Shown one piece after another: positions 50,930-62,999 of a DNA stretch of 64,000 nt. The translations under genes were made by a program, and so were the position numbers. Position 1 is the stretch's first letter; every line of letters starts with the position of its first letter. Below the pieces are notes generated by a model. That model saw nothing but the letters and a program-made list of their open reading frames with translations. It did not search any database and was not told the DNA's origin. The stretch is from Felis catus (taxonomy: Eukaryota). Where the stretch lies: contig NC_058369.1 in NCBI RefSeq assembly GCF_018350175.1, forward strand, positions 4,218,001-4,282,000, read 5' to 3'.

Positions 50930-53100
50930 GGCATCGGAGGAACGCGGGCGGCCTGGGCCAGAGTGAGGAGGCCCCAAGAAATCGGGCGGCAGTAGAGAGA
51001 AACCAGAACACCCGGCCCAAGGAACGCGGGAGGCGGCCGGGACCGCGCGGGAAAAAGCCCTATGCGGGGGCCGAGGGCGGGTGTTTTTCGGTAACTAGGC
51101 CGGGGTGGGGCGGGGCCACGGAGGTTCCAGCCCCGCCCACCCCTCCTCTTCACCCACCCCCTTGAGTCGGCTGGGGCCGCCAGGGGGCGCTTTAGGAACG
51201 CGGAGCCGTCGAGGAGGGGGCGCGGTGGGTTTGGGCTCGCAGGTGGGAGGGGCAGCGCGGGGTCTTGATTCCCAGGAGAGCGCCGTGGAGCGCCTGGGGT
51301 GGGAAAGGGATCCCCCGCAGGGCTCTGAGGTCAGAATGGGGAGAACGGCCACTTGAGGAGGGGCTCTGTGGCTGCGGGTATCATCGGTCTTAGGGTATCG
51401 ATCACTGTCTCGGGGAAAAAACTTCAGGTCTTAGTTCCTTAGAACGGCTTTGTCATGGGGGGGTGGGGGCTTCTTCAGCTTTCTGGAAAGAGGACCCGGA
51501 GCAGGACTGGGAGGACCCCACAATCATCAGTGGGGTGGGAGGAGATCGTGGGCCGCTGTCACCGCCGTCTTGGGTAGTGCTGTAACTCTTAATTCCCTGG
51601 AGGGGGATCTGGGGGCGGGGTGCTTCTTGGGGACCCAGATTCATGGAAGATGCGCCGTCGGGGTCTCTGGAGTAGGGGTGGAAAACGGCTAATTAGGGGG
51701 CAGCTACTCTGGGAGCTTCCTTCAAGGGCTTCCTTGGTGAGGGTACATCTTGGGGCCCTGCCTTCCGGAAGGCAACCAGGCAGGACCTGGGAGCCTGGCA
51801 GTAAAACCAGGTCCTCAACCGAGCGTGGGGCGCTGAAAGCCGCGGGTACTGGCGTCGGGGGCGCTGTACCTCCTTTCCCAGAAGGGGGCCCTTGTGGGGA
51901 CGTCTTGGGGCCCCGGCTTTCCCAGAGGGGCGCCGCCGTTGTCTCCGGGGCCCGGGGAGATCACCTTCACCTCTGCACCCCAGCCACCTGCGCTCCTCCC
52001 GCCCCCCCCCCCTTAGGCGGGGGCGGCTCCCGTCCCGGGAAACCCGAGCCACCGCCCCTGGCCCCGCCCCCGGCCCCGCCCCCGGCCCCGCGCCGGCCAA
52101 GCCGTCCGCGGCGGGAGCGGCGGAGGCGGCGGGAGAGCGCGCGGTGGAGCCGCTCCGAGCGCCCCGGCCCCTCGCGCCGCAGCCCCGGAGCCCAGCGCCG
52201 CGCGCCCAGGCCGCCCGTGCCGTCCGTGCGCCCCCGCACCCAGCGCTCTCGGAGCCGCCGGCCGTCCAGGGCACCCCCAGCCCCAGCCCCAGCCCGGCCG
52301 GGATGGCCGCAGCCCGCGGCTGATCGAGCCCGGGGGGGCCCCATGGGCCGGCCCGCGCCGCGTCCCCTCCGCGGCCGCCCCCTCCGGCCCGGGCCCCCCC
52401 GGGCGCCGCGGGCCCAGGCGGCCCGGATGGCGGTCGCGGCGGCAGGGGCAGGGGCTGGGGCCGGCGCGGGCGGCAGGCGCGGCCACCACTGACGGGTAGT
52501 CGGGCACCCCGAGCAGGTAAGCAGGGGCAGGCGGGGGACCCGCAGGGCACCGGTGGTGGGAGGGGGGACCGGCCCCCTGGACGGAGGTTTGGGAGCTTAC
52601 TGGGGCTCGGGATAGACCGGTGGCTTCCCTCCTCCAGCCATGAACCGGTATGTGTCTGAATGTGGGGTCAAGGGGGCGACAGGTCCGCGCATGGCCGGGG
52701 GGAGAGGTGGGCAGGGCGATCTTGGGTGCCTCCCCAAGCCAGGATCTGGCCAGGGTCCTTGTCCGACGGGACGAGAGCGCCTCCGCCTCCTTGGACCCCC
52801 AAGCGTGCGTCTGAACAGGGGTTGAAGCGGGGGCAGCCGAATCCTCTCCCCAGCCTCTAGGAGAGCGAGACCCAGACAGCCGCGCTGCCTTGTGGTGTGC
52901 ACGGGGCTGTGGGGGGCGGGCATTCGGATCCGCAGACCCCAGCCGGGGAGCTGCCGTCGCGGCCCAGCTGCCCGCAGAAGTAAACATCTGTCAGTGGTGC
53001 GTTCCAGCCGCCGCCGCCTCCGGGGACACGGTGTCCTCCGGTAAGGGCCCGGCGCTCTCGGCTCCTGGAGCCGCCTGTTCAGCCACAAGAGGGCGCGAAA
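50930..53100. promoter_or_regulatory. CpG island / NRTN distal promoter
   Basis: Dense CpG, multiple GGGCGG/CCCGCC boxes (51107-51116, 52060-52091) and a CTCF-like motif at 51175-51191. Confidence 0.7.
52100..52516 (+). other. NRTN: Putative non-coding first exon of NRTN (start approximate)
   Basis: Extremely GC/CpG-rich segment downstream of GC boxes, ending in a strong donor GAGCAG|gtaagc at 52516/52517. Assignment to NRTN is inferred from position and orientation. Confidence 0.6.
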
Positions 53101-54033
53101 CCCTTATTTGGGGGGGGGGGGAGGGTAGTCCCTTAAGGGCAAAGCCTGGATTTGAAGGAGAGGGGGCCGTGCCTTCCTTGCTTTTTAGAAAAGGCATTTC
53201 TTGCTCAGGATAGTCTCACAGTTCTCCCAGAAGGTGCAGTTTGTGGGCTAGGCGTCATTAGGCAGAAGTGGCTGCAGACAGTGGGTGGATTTGGGGTGGG
53301 ACTGGAGAAGGCAACGGCCACTTCCAGGGATTGGCGCGCCACTACCCTCTCCCCCAAGAAACAGCGTGCACTGTGGTGTCCTCACTTGCTGGGCTCAGCG
53401 GGCCTGTGGTGACCTGCAAGTCTGGGACCTGGGACCCCAGCCTGGATCTGGGGAGCAGGGCCAGGGTCCTGGGAGGCGGGGGGGGGGGTTGCTGGAGGCC
53501 AGACCCCTGACTTTCCTCACTCCTGCCTGCCCGCCCTGCCCTTTCTCTGCCCAACATCCCCCCCTCTGTGTTCCATGACACTCTTTGTCTGTCTTCAAGT
53601 GCCCCAGGCTGAGGAAGCCCCAATGGGGCGTGACTGGTCTAGGCGGATGTCAGTGGAGGGACGACTCCCAGCTTTACCAGTTTACCCCCACCCTAACCCC
53701 TTGCCTTGGGGCCTTTTGGACACCCCTCCCCATTCCCTTCATCCTTGGATTCCTGAGGTTCAGGGTTCTGAAGGCCCCCACCCCCAACCCCGGGCTTTGT
53801 AGACCACTCCCAGTGACGAGCTGCAAAGAGCTAATTCTAGGGGTACAGGGAAGAAAAGGAAACACCCCCCTCCGTGGCAGGGCACACTGGCTGAAATTCT
53901 GCCATCAGCGCTTGTCCCCTTAGGTTTCAGGCCTCAGTTTTGGGGAAAGGAGCAGAGAATATAGCTTCCAAGAGTCTGGGGCAGGAGAAGAAACGAGTTT
54001 CCAGCCAGGCACAAGGACACAATCAAGAGATTG

Positions 54034-55120
54034 TTCCCACAGATGTTTGTTGGAGGGTGACGGTGTGGCTGACTGTTGGTGTCAGGGCTCCTGGGCCTTG
54101 TCCTTCGAGGAAGACAGACGTAGACCCAGGGTGGAGCCCAGAGGGAGGAGCAAAGGGTCTCCTTCAGGATAGGAGGATCAAGGGAAACTTCCTGGAAGAG
54201 GGGCACTGGGGCTGGGGCTGTGAAGGATAAGTAGGAGTTTTCCAAGTGGGAAAAGAAAGGGCATTCCAGGCAGGAGGAACTGCACATGCAAAGATCTGGA
54301 GGCAGAAAATGGCATTGCCGGTTTCGGAAAATCCAGGGTGTCTAGGTGAGTGTGGGAGGGAGAGGCTGTTCTGAAAGGTTGGCACAGGGAGAACTGGGCT
54401 GGGGCATTCAAGGACGGATTCCTGGAGGTTAGGGCTGGAAACACAGAGGCGAGAGGAATGGGCCTTTAATGCCTCTGGCATCACTGGGCCCAGCCTTCTT
54501 TGCTGAGGCTATAGATTCCTCTGCAGACGCATCCTTCCTGGTCCCCAAGGTGGAGCAGGGAGTCTGGGCCTCTGGGGGGAGGCCCACGTGGGGAGATGGA
54601 GGGAAGATGGGGTCTTCACTCTGCTTAGTGAGCACCAAGTAAGCATTGGGCAGGCCCAGGAGGAGGCTGGTTCTCCCCCGTTCACAGCTGAGGAAACTCA
54701 GGCTGGGCTAGCCAGGGGATCGTTCCTTCATGCTCCACGGATCTCCCAAGCATCGAGCTACTATGTGCTGGGTTGAAGCACAGGATCGGACAAGCCTGGT
54801 GCCTGATACACCTGGGGGTGGGGGTGGGGGTGGATGAGAGGCTCCCGATGAACCAGCCAGCCAGATCTTTGCGTGTGCAATTCCTGCTCCTTGGAATTCC
54901 CCTTCTTTTCCCACTTGGAAAACTCCTACTCATCCTTCACAGCCCCAGCCCCGGTGCCCCTCTTCCAGGAAGTCACCCTTGACCCCCCTATCCTGAGGTA
55001 CACCCTTTGCTCCTCACTCTGGGTCTACCCTGAGTCTAAGTCTGTCTTCCTCGAAGGACGAGGCCCAGGAGCCCTGCCACCAACGGCCGCACCGTTACTG
55101 TCCCCAGACACCTTTGGGAG
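54034..55120. repeat. Long inverted repeat (arms approx. 54034-54299 and 54861-55120), partly L2-derived
   Basis: Arm 2 is the reverse complement of arm 1; ORF-track entries 53934..54287(-) and 54873..55184(+) give near-identical peptides. Confidence 0.9.
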
Positions 55121-56429
55121 GTTACTTTCAGGGGAGGTAACAGCCACACTTGCACTTCAGCAAAGGTATCCAGGAGCAGAATGATCTTCCCTTCAAATCC
55201 AAGGGAGACCGGGCTTCGGGCTGTTGCCGGAAGAAATCAGACCAGGGGCTCCCGCCTGCCACGGGTGGGTCTCACTTCCCAGTTGGGGAAACCGAGGCCT
55301 AGAGAGAGGGCACCGTCTGAGGCTCAGAAGCTCAGTGTGTTGGGGACCTGAAGCAGGATCTGAACTCTGGGGACTCAGGTGCCCTGGTTCCCAGGAAATC
55401 AGCGTTAGGGTTTGAGTCACGCCTGAGGTCTGTGCCTCTGGTCCCCCTTCTGTCTAATGGCCAGCTTGGAGTGCCACCGTCCGGGCTACTTGCAGAGGAC
55501 CCGCGTCCCTTGCGCCGCCCTCCGGGCCCCACACCAGCTGCTCAGCCGTGCCAGGCCTAATTAGGCTGATTCTGTTATCCCACCCCAGGGAGCCCCTCCT
55601 GCCCGCCCCGGACGCCTGCAAGGCCAGCCCCGGGCCAGCCTGGCCAGTCTGGTATGGTCAAGGTGGGAATTTTTACAGGCCGGCCGCACGCAGAGGGCGG
55701 GGCCGGAAGGGGCGGGTCTGAAAAGCTGGGGGTCCCAGCGCACAGGCTCCCCAGCCCGGCCTCCCTGAGAACACACCTGCGTAGCCAGGTTCTGGAAGAG
55801 GACTCCAGGCACCGGTGGGGAACCGAGCCCCGGTCCCGCGGGTCACACGACCCCATCGTCTCCCCGCCCTCACCTCCCCACACCTAGGCAGCTTCTCCAC
55901 CTAGAACACTCGCTCCAAGTCTCCACTTGGTCTCCGCTCCAATGCCGCCTCCTCTGAGAAGCCCCCCTTGCCCACTCCACCTAAAGGCCGCCCCCGCCCC
56001 CCCCCCCCCCCAGTCACTATCGCTTCGCCTTGTTTCGTTTTGTTCTTGGAACTGCCAGCATCTCAATTACCTTGTTTATTTCGCACTTGTGACCCCCCTC
56101 CCTGATTGGCTGGGGAGGAGCGTGGCAGGGGTGCGGCCCAGGTTAGCCTTGGTCAGCCCGCGTTCTCCGCTGGGTGCCACACACAGTAGGCACTCCATAA
56201 GTGCTGATGTGGCGTGTGGGGGGCAGAGCTCAGCCCGGCACATTGGGTTTGCTGCCATGTGGGCACTTGACTCGCTATTTCTGCGGTGCTGTGTGTCTTT
56301 GCCAAAGCCTCTTACTCCTGTGGATTTCAGCCCCACCTTCTCCCAAACAGCAGGACCTGTCATGCCCTCCCACTGCCCCCCTGCCCCTCAGCGTTACCCC
56401 TGCTACCCAGGTCCCAGGGACCGTGGAGG

Positions 56430-56920
56430 CGTTCGAGAGAACAAGTTCAGAGTCAGACCTAAGTTCAACCTCAGCTCAGCCACTTATTTGCTGCGTCACC
56501 TTGAGCAAGGTGCTCTATGTCCCTGCTCCTCAGCTTCCCCGTGTGGGAAATACCAACATCTTTTCCAGGGTCTGTGGGCACAATTAAACACGCGGAGAGC
56601 ACTTAGCACACTGTTTGGCACTAAATTAACATAACAGCCAACGTGGCAGGGCGTTGATGTTGTTATTGTTGTTATTAGAGAGGTCATACGGTACAGTGAG
56701 GAAGAGTGTGGAGGGGGCATCGGGGCTGGGACTTTGAGGGATGAGGAGGAGTTTGCCTGACCATCTGTGTTCAGATCTCAGCTTGGCCACTTACACTCTG
56801 CTTGACCTTGAGCCGATACCTTCACTTCTTTGGACCTCGGTTTTCCCAACTACGGAATGGAGAGAAAATAGTCCATACCTCACTGAGTCACTATGAGGAA
56901 AGTGCTTAGAACAGCGCCAG
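56430..56920. mobile_element. MIR fragments
   Basis: AAGTTCAACCTCAGCTCAGCCACTTATTTGCTGCGTCACCTTGAGCAAG; AAAGTGCTTAGAACAGCGCC. Confidence 0.65.
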
Positions 56921-56922
56921 TA

Positions 56923-57343
56923 GGGGGCGCCTGGGCGGCTGCGCGGGTTAGGCCTCCGACTCTTGATACCCACTCGGGTCATGATCTCACCACGGTTGAG
57001 ATCCAGCCCCACCTGGGGCTCCAGCAGAATGTGGAGCCTGCTTGGGATTCTCTCTCCCTGCCCCTCCCCCACTCATGCTCGCTCACTCACTCCATGAATG
57101 AACGAATGAATGAATAAAATAAAATAAAGTAAATAAATGAAAAGAAAAAGAAAGAGGGGCGCCTGGTGGCTCAGTCGGTTAAGCGTCCAACTTTGGCTCA
57201 GGTCATGATCTCTCGGTTCCTCAGTTCGAGCCTTCCATCGGGCTCTGTGCTGACAGCTCAGAGCCTTCTTGGGATTCTGTCTCCCTTCCCGCTCACACTC
57301 TCTCTCTCAGAAATTAATAAACCTTTTTAAAACATTAAAAAAA
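56923..57343 (+). mobile_element. Two tandem Can-SINEs (heads at about 56924 and 57156)
   Basis: GGGGCGCCTGG heads with A-rich tails. Confidence 0.85.
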
Positions 57344-60300
57344 TCAACAGCGGTAGGCTTGTTCACTAGTGCTGGTGTTAGCTATTCTTATAGTCACTCC
57401 ACCAGCACAGGTGTCCCCAGAAGTCACTCCGTCTATACATCCATTGGCTTCGCCTGGGTGAAGACAGACCCGGAGCGCCTGAAGTCAAGCTCAGAAGCTC
57501 AGACTTGATTCTCAGAGTAGCAGGGAGCCAGCGATGGTTCTAGCAATCAGGCAACAGAGAGCTTCTGGCTTGGGGGAAGCAGAGAGGCCGGGCCCCCACC
57601 TCTGGCTGGGCCTGGAAGGTTGGCTGGGGGTGTTTGTGACTGCACCCCCCCCCCCCATGAGGCCGCCCCACAGGCTGGCCCCCAGCCCCTGCAGACGCAG
57701 CATCGGAACCAGCTGTGCTAGCCAGATGTTCCTGGTTTACCCCCAGATGTGTGTCGCCGGCTCGCGGCTGCCCTGGCTTCCCCACCTCCACCAAGGGGCG
57801 GGGCTGGGCCCTGGGGCCTCCCAGGGAGGGGGCACATTTTTGTGGGCTGCGGAATTTGTTTCTTGTTTTGCAGGACCATTGAGTCCTGCCTTGAGAGAAC
57901 CTAAGTCCTGCCCCTGCTGGGACCTCAGTTTCCCCATCACTGGGACCTCCAGGAGCCATCTGGGGGACGGAGAGGAGCCGGGCTGCCCTAGAAACGGGCC
58001 CGGCCACCAGCCCTGGAGCTGTCCGCGCGGAGGGAGGAAGCGTGCCAGCACGTTGTCTGAGGCCCAGCCTGCTGCCATCGGCCGGGCCTGCGGGACTTCA
58101 CTGAATTAGATGGCCCTCCAAATGTGGGAGGGTGTCTCGGGCAGCTCGTTGTACGGATGGGGAAACTGAGGCTCAGAGCGGCAGCAGCTGGCCCCATGGC
58201 ATCCAGCAGGGAGGAGGCAGAGCAGGGATCGGAAATCAGCCTGTCTAGAATCTAGAACCCCGGATCTGCAAGCCTCTTCTCACAAGCTCACCCATACGTG
58301 CGGGCCGCCCACACATCCGTCCTCATGGCTGCTCGGCCCGTGGGCAGTGACGACGGTCCCAGCAGCCACCGGTCAGGCTCCCCTGGGTCCTCGCTAGTGT
58401 TCTGGGTGCTGAGTGGCCCCCTTCGGGGAGATGCCCCCCCCCCCCGCATAGGAAGCTCGGGGATGTGTCCAGGGGTGAGGTGGAGAAGGACAAGGCTGGA
58501 CGCGGAGGGAGGCACCCTGTGAGCAAAACTATGGGGACTGCAGAGCTGGAGCAGGTGCGTGCCGTTGTGAATAGAAATACTGAAGCCTGCCTGCCCTTGC
58601 CTTGAAAGAACCCGGCCCAGGCTGTCCTTCCCAAATCCCCCAGTCCAGAGAAGACAGCTGTGGACCCAGACGCTATGCCAGCAGGACTGGGTAAGAGGGA
58701 GGGACTCACGGCTGGGGATCCAAGAGGGGAAGCAGGGATGGCTTCCCGGAGGAGGGCATGTGGGAGCCAGGGCTCTGAAGGATGAGTAGGAGTTTGCCAG
58801 ATGCAGGCAGGCCCCGCTTCTAGGCCTCCCTCGGACTGCAGAGATGAGTGGACGGAGGGAAGGGTCCCCTCCCAGCCTTCCTCTCCCTGGGAAGGAGCAT
58901 GAAGCAGGTACCTCCCTGAGGCCAGGAGTTCTGCAGGAAGGAGACTGTTGATCTTAGGAACACATATGCCTGGCCTGCGTCTCCTGGGAAGCTCCATGGA
59001 AAGGTGGAGCCTCAGGGCGTTCCCTGGACACTAGGATAATGAGCAGCATTCTTGGCACTAGCACGGAAGCTGCTAGAAACACCCACATGCCCACACCCTC
59101 ACCCCGGCTGTTCCTTGGGTGATCGGAAGCGCCTGTCTGGCTGTGTGACTTTGGGTTACTCATCACCCCTCTCTGAGTCTCCTCCCAGCCCTGGGCACGT
59201 TGTGGCCTCCGGCTAGATGTGGAAGTCCTCCTTGATCCCAATGGCGAAGTTCGGACTGTCACGGCCCCTAAGAACGCTCCCGTCCCTGGGCAGTGAGGAC
59301 TCTCCAGGGTCGGGATATTTTCTGAAGGTTGAGAAGAGACCGCTGGCCGGGCCCCGTCTGGGCAGCGTGGGAGGCACCCGAGCTGCGTGGACCTGGGCCG
59401 TGTACCAGTCGTCAGGACGGGGCAGTTCACTCCTGGGTCAGCAGCCTCCCTCCCGCTCACCTAACTCACGGCACTCCGCGTCTATGCCGCTCGCTCGCCC
59501 CCGGAACGTCCAGAGCTGACCGCCTGGCAACACCAGCGGGTGTTCACACGCGTGCCCCCATGTGTGTGAGTGTGTGGCCGGGGTGTGGGAGTGGCAGGAG
59601 CAAGCACGGGCGGCCCCAGTTAGGCCCCAGGCCAGGATGCGCACGCGGCTGGACACCCCTGAGCCTGCAGGTATGTGTCCCTGGGCGCGCAGAGGTCCCA
59701 GTGCGTGCGTGCAAAGCGTGCATGTGCCACCGTGCCCGTTCTCCGTGCAGCATGCCGGAGACGACGTGTGTCTTTCGGGAGAGTCTGAAAATGCTGGTGT
59801 GGGAGCCCCCAAGGGTGCAAGAGGCTAAGAACACCCGAGTGGCTGGGAGCGCGAGCACTCGGGGAGGTGACAGCTCCCCGGATCGGGTGCAAGCGAAGCC
59901 GGCCTATCCCGGGTGAGGGCGTACCAGTGTGAAAGCGTGCAAGTGTGTGAGCCGGTGTGAGCGTGGCTGTCAGAGCGTGGGGGTGTGGGTGGCAACATGC
60001 CCCGGGGTGGGGGTTCGAGCACGTGAGTAGCGGGACGGAGTGACCCCGGTAGTGATCCGTGCCGCGTAGCGGGCTGAGCTGGTGACTGTGTTCAAAAACG
60101 AGGGTGTCACCACGTTTTCAGGTGGCGGTGTGAACACATCCGAGTTACTGACCGCGTTTTTGTCCGTCGGTGTCATCTTGCTTGAGGAAGACTTGTGAAC
60201 ATGCCTGGGGGTGTAATAATGTTGCTGGATGTGTGTGAAAATGCCCCAGCCCATCAATGTGGTCGTCTTTGTATATGGATGTGAGAACAGCCACGCGAGT

Positions 60301-61489
60301 GAGCGGGATGGGGTGGTCGTGCGAGTCCCAACGTGTGTGGAAACGCCCGAGTGCGTGAGGCCCATCGATTCGAGGGGATGAGTGTGAAAACACAGAGCAT
60401 CAGTGGGACCGTGTTTGAGTGGCCGAGGGACAGCCGGTCCCAGCGGGCGCAGGCAGGCGTGTCTGGGTGTGTATGGGAGTGAGGACACCCAAGCGTGCCT
60501 CCGAGGACAAGAAGGCCGAGCGTGTGACCCCCACGTGTGCTGGGAGCGCACGGCTCCAGGTCCGGGGGCTCCACGACACCGAGAGGCTGATGGTGGACAC
60601 CGGCCCCTCCCCAAGCCATCGGCCACACCCGCGGCACCCCTCTGGCTCAGGTCCCAGCCAGAGACAAACCAGTTGGGTGACCCCCGTGCTGAAAGGCCTA
60701 TTGTTAGCAGCCGCTTATCAGCTGCGCCTACTGGCCCCCTCCAGCCTCGGCCCTCTGCTTTCCGGCCCCCATCAGGACTCCGGGGGGTCCCGTGGCTCCA
60801 AGGACACCAGGGGCTCCCGTGGCCTGGCCTTCTCACGGCCAGAGTCCCATCGGGCCTGGCAGCGTCCCACCCCCTCACCCCCACCCCGAGGGAAGCCCTG
60901 AGCAGAAACAGAGGACTAGAGCCGGGCATCATGCAGGGGCCTCGTTCAGCCTCACAGGGAAACTGAGGCACCCCCCATCTCCCCGCCTCAAAACGTGGGT
61001 GTGAGAGGTGGCGGGGTGCTGGGCGTCCAGAGAGGGCCTTGCCCAGGTGAGGCCCACGGAGACCCGGCATAAAGCAGGGGCACTTTTAGAGCAAAGGGGC
61101 GCGGTGTGGGCACCTGACAACTTCGGGGGGGGTCTCCCGCTTGCTGTACAAATTTGACAATGAAATATTCTCCCCGCGGCCCCCGCCGCCCTGCAGGACC
61201 CGCCCCGGGCCCCTCTCCGGACTCCCCTCCCCCCTCACTCACTCTGTTCCAGCCACATGGGTCACCGCTGTTCCTCCCACGTGCCAGGCACAGCCCTGTG
61301 ACCTCTGATCTCCAGGCTGGCCCCAGGTTGCTTGCACGCCCCCTGTGGGGGAGGAAGCTCATTCTCCACCAACACCACCGACAGCCGCGCAAACGGCCCT
61401 ACCAAACACCCCCAAAGCGGCAAGCCCTCAGGATGACCCAGCATCCGCTCCCAAGCACAGCACAGCCCATGCGTGGGGGTCCCGCCAAA

Positions 61490-61645
61490 GACCCCGGGTT
61501 CGAATCCCAGATGCTTTCCTAGCTGTGCCCTTGGGTAAGGCCCTACCTGCTTTGGGCCTCATTTTCCCCAGCTGTAAAACGGCGATCATGGCGCCTCCTT
61601 CGTGGGCTCAGCACGGGGTCTGCTACACAGCAGGCGCTTAATTAA
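61490..61645. mobile_element. MIR fragment
   Basis: CCGGGTTCGAATCCCAGA...CTAGCTGTGCCCTTGGGTAAG...GGGCCTCATTTTCCCCAGCTGTAAAACGG. Confidence 0.7.
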
Positions 61646-62999
61646 TGTCCCCTGCTGCTGGGTGGCGGTTGTAGGTCCTGCGCCCGCGCCTCCACGGGGC
61701 GGGGGCGGGGAGAGGCGGTTCCAGACGCCCTGCGCTTAACCACCCAGGGCGGCGCCCATGCAAAACCGAGGTGCAAATCTCACGCAAATCCCGGCTGCGC
61801 GCGGTGGCCGGCAGCACTAGCGGCCCGAGGTGCGCGCGCGGGGGTGCCCGGCACCCGACAGCCGCGCACAGGCGCTGCTGACCCGCGTCCAGCCCGGCTT
61901 TCAGCGCTCCGTGCAAATGTTTACACCGGGCCGGACGCCAGGTCCCGCGCGGGCCGGCACCAGACGGCCAGGCTGGGAATGTAAACCAGCGGCCGGCAGA
62001 GGTCCCGGCGCGGGTGGGCGGGGGTGCGCATGCGTCGTGAAACACCTACTGTGTGCACTCAGGGCGGACTTGCCTAGGCGATCCCAGCAGGGAGTCCTCG
62101 GTGCCCTAACGGGGGTGGGGGTGGGGGTGAGCTCAGGGCACTGTGGTGGCCCAGAGGGTGCACACCTGCGCCGCCCGGGGCTGGGGAGTATGAGCAGCCA
62201 CAGAAGGCTTCCACGGGGAGGCGCCCTCCAGGCGGAGACTGGGAGGGGAATGGGGGGCTGGGAGGAGGAGGGGAAGAGAATATTCTGGGAGGAAGGACCA
62301 GCTTGTGCGAAGCCTGGGGGTGGGTCGAGTGCAGCTGTGGTCCATGGATGCCCCTTCTGGGCATCAGTTTATGTGTCTGGGTGGGGGGGACCCGGGCTCA
62401 GAGAGGGACAGGAAGTCACTCCCAAGGACCTCACTAGGTGAGGAAGTCTCAACCCCAGGGATCCTGCCTCCTAGAACGTGCTGTAAATCACCAAATCTCC
62501 ACCACACCCTGGTCCCACAGTGCCCCCTGCTGGGAGTGGCCTCCCCTGCTTCCAGTCTTCCCCCAGGCTCACTGGGCTCCGCCCACCCCAGCCTCCCGGG
62601 TGCTTTGGCCAACCTCAGTCCAGCCTCAGGACTTTTGCACAGGCTGTTCCCCCGCCTGCGATGCCATTCTCTTCTGCCTGGCCAACTCCTACTATCGTTC
62701 AAGTCTCAGCTTTCCACACTCCTCAGGGGAGCACTGTGGGACCCCCCAGGTGGGGGTGGTTCCCCCGTTCCCCCTGGCACCCCGCCCACCCCTTTCCTTG
62801 GCAGCATTTTTCACAACCTTGTTCAGTGGCTCCTAGATGAATCATTTCTAAATGTTATATCTGATCATTAAGCAGAAGTGGTTTGAAATCAGGGGCCCCA
62901 CCATGTCCCCGGTGTCTGGCCCAGTGCCCCGTGCCCGTTTGTCGCCTGAAAGACGGACGGAGGCCATGTGGCTGCCCATCCCGTGCCCGCAGGCCGAGT

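Noticed and set aside
51620..52987. 285-324 aa ORFs over the NRTN CpG island
   Set aside because: Expected in very GC-rich DNA; only the short ATG-initiated uORFs were kept as a finding.
59970..61070. 366-aa minus-strand ORF in NRTN intron 1
   Set aside because: No recognisable protein similarity or domain; composition reflects CA/TG-rich and GC-rich intronic DNA.
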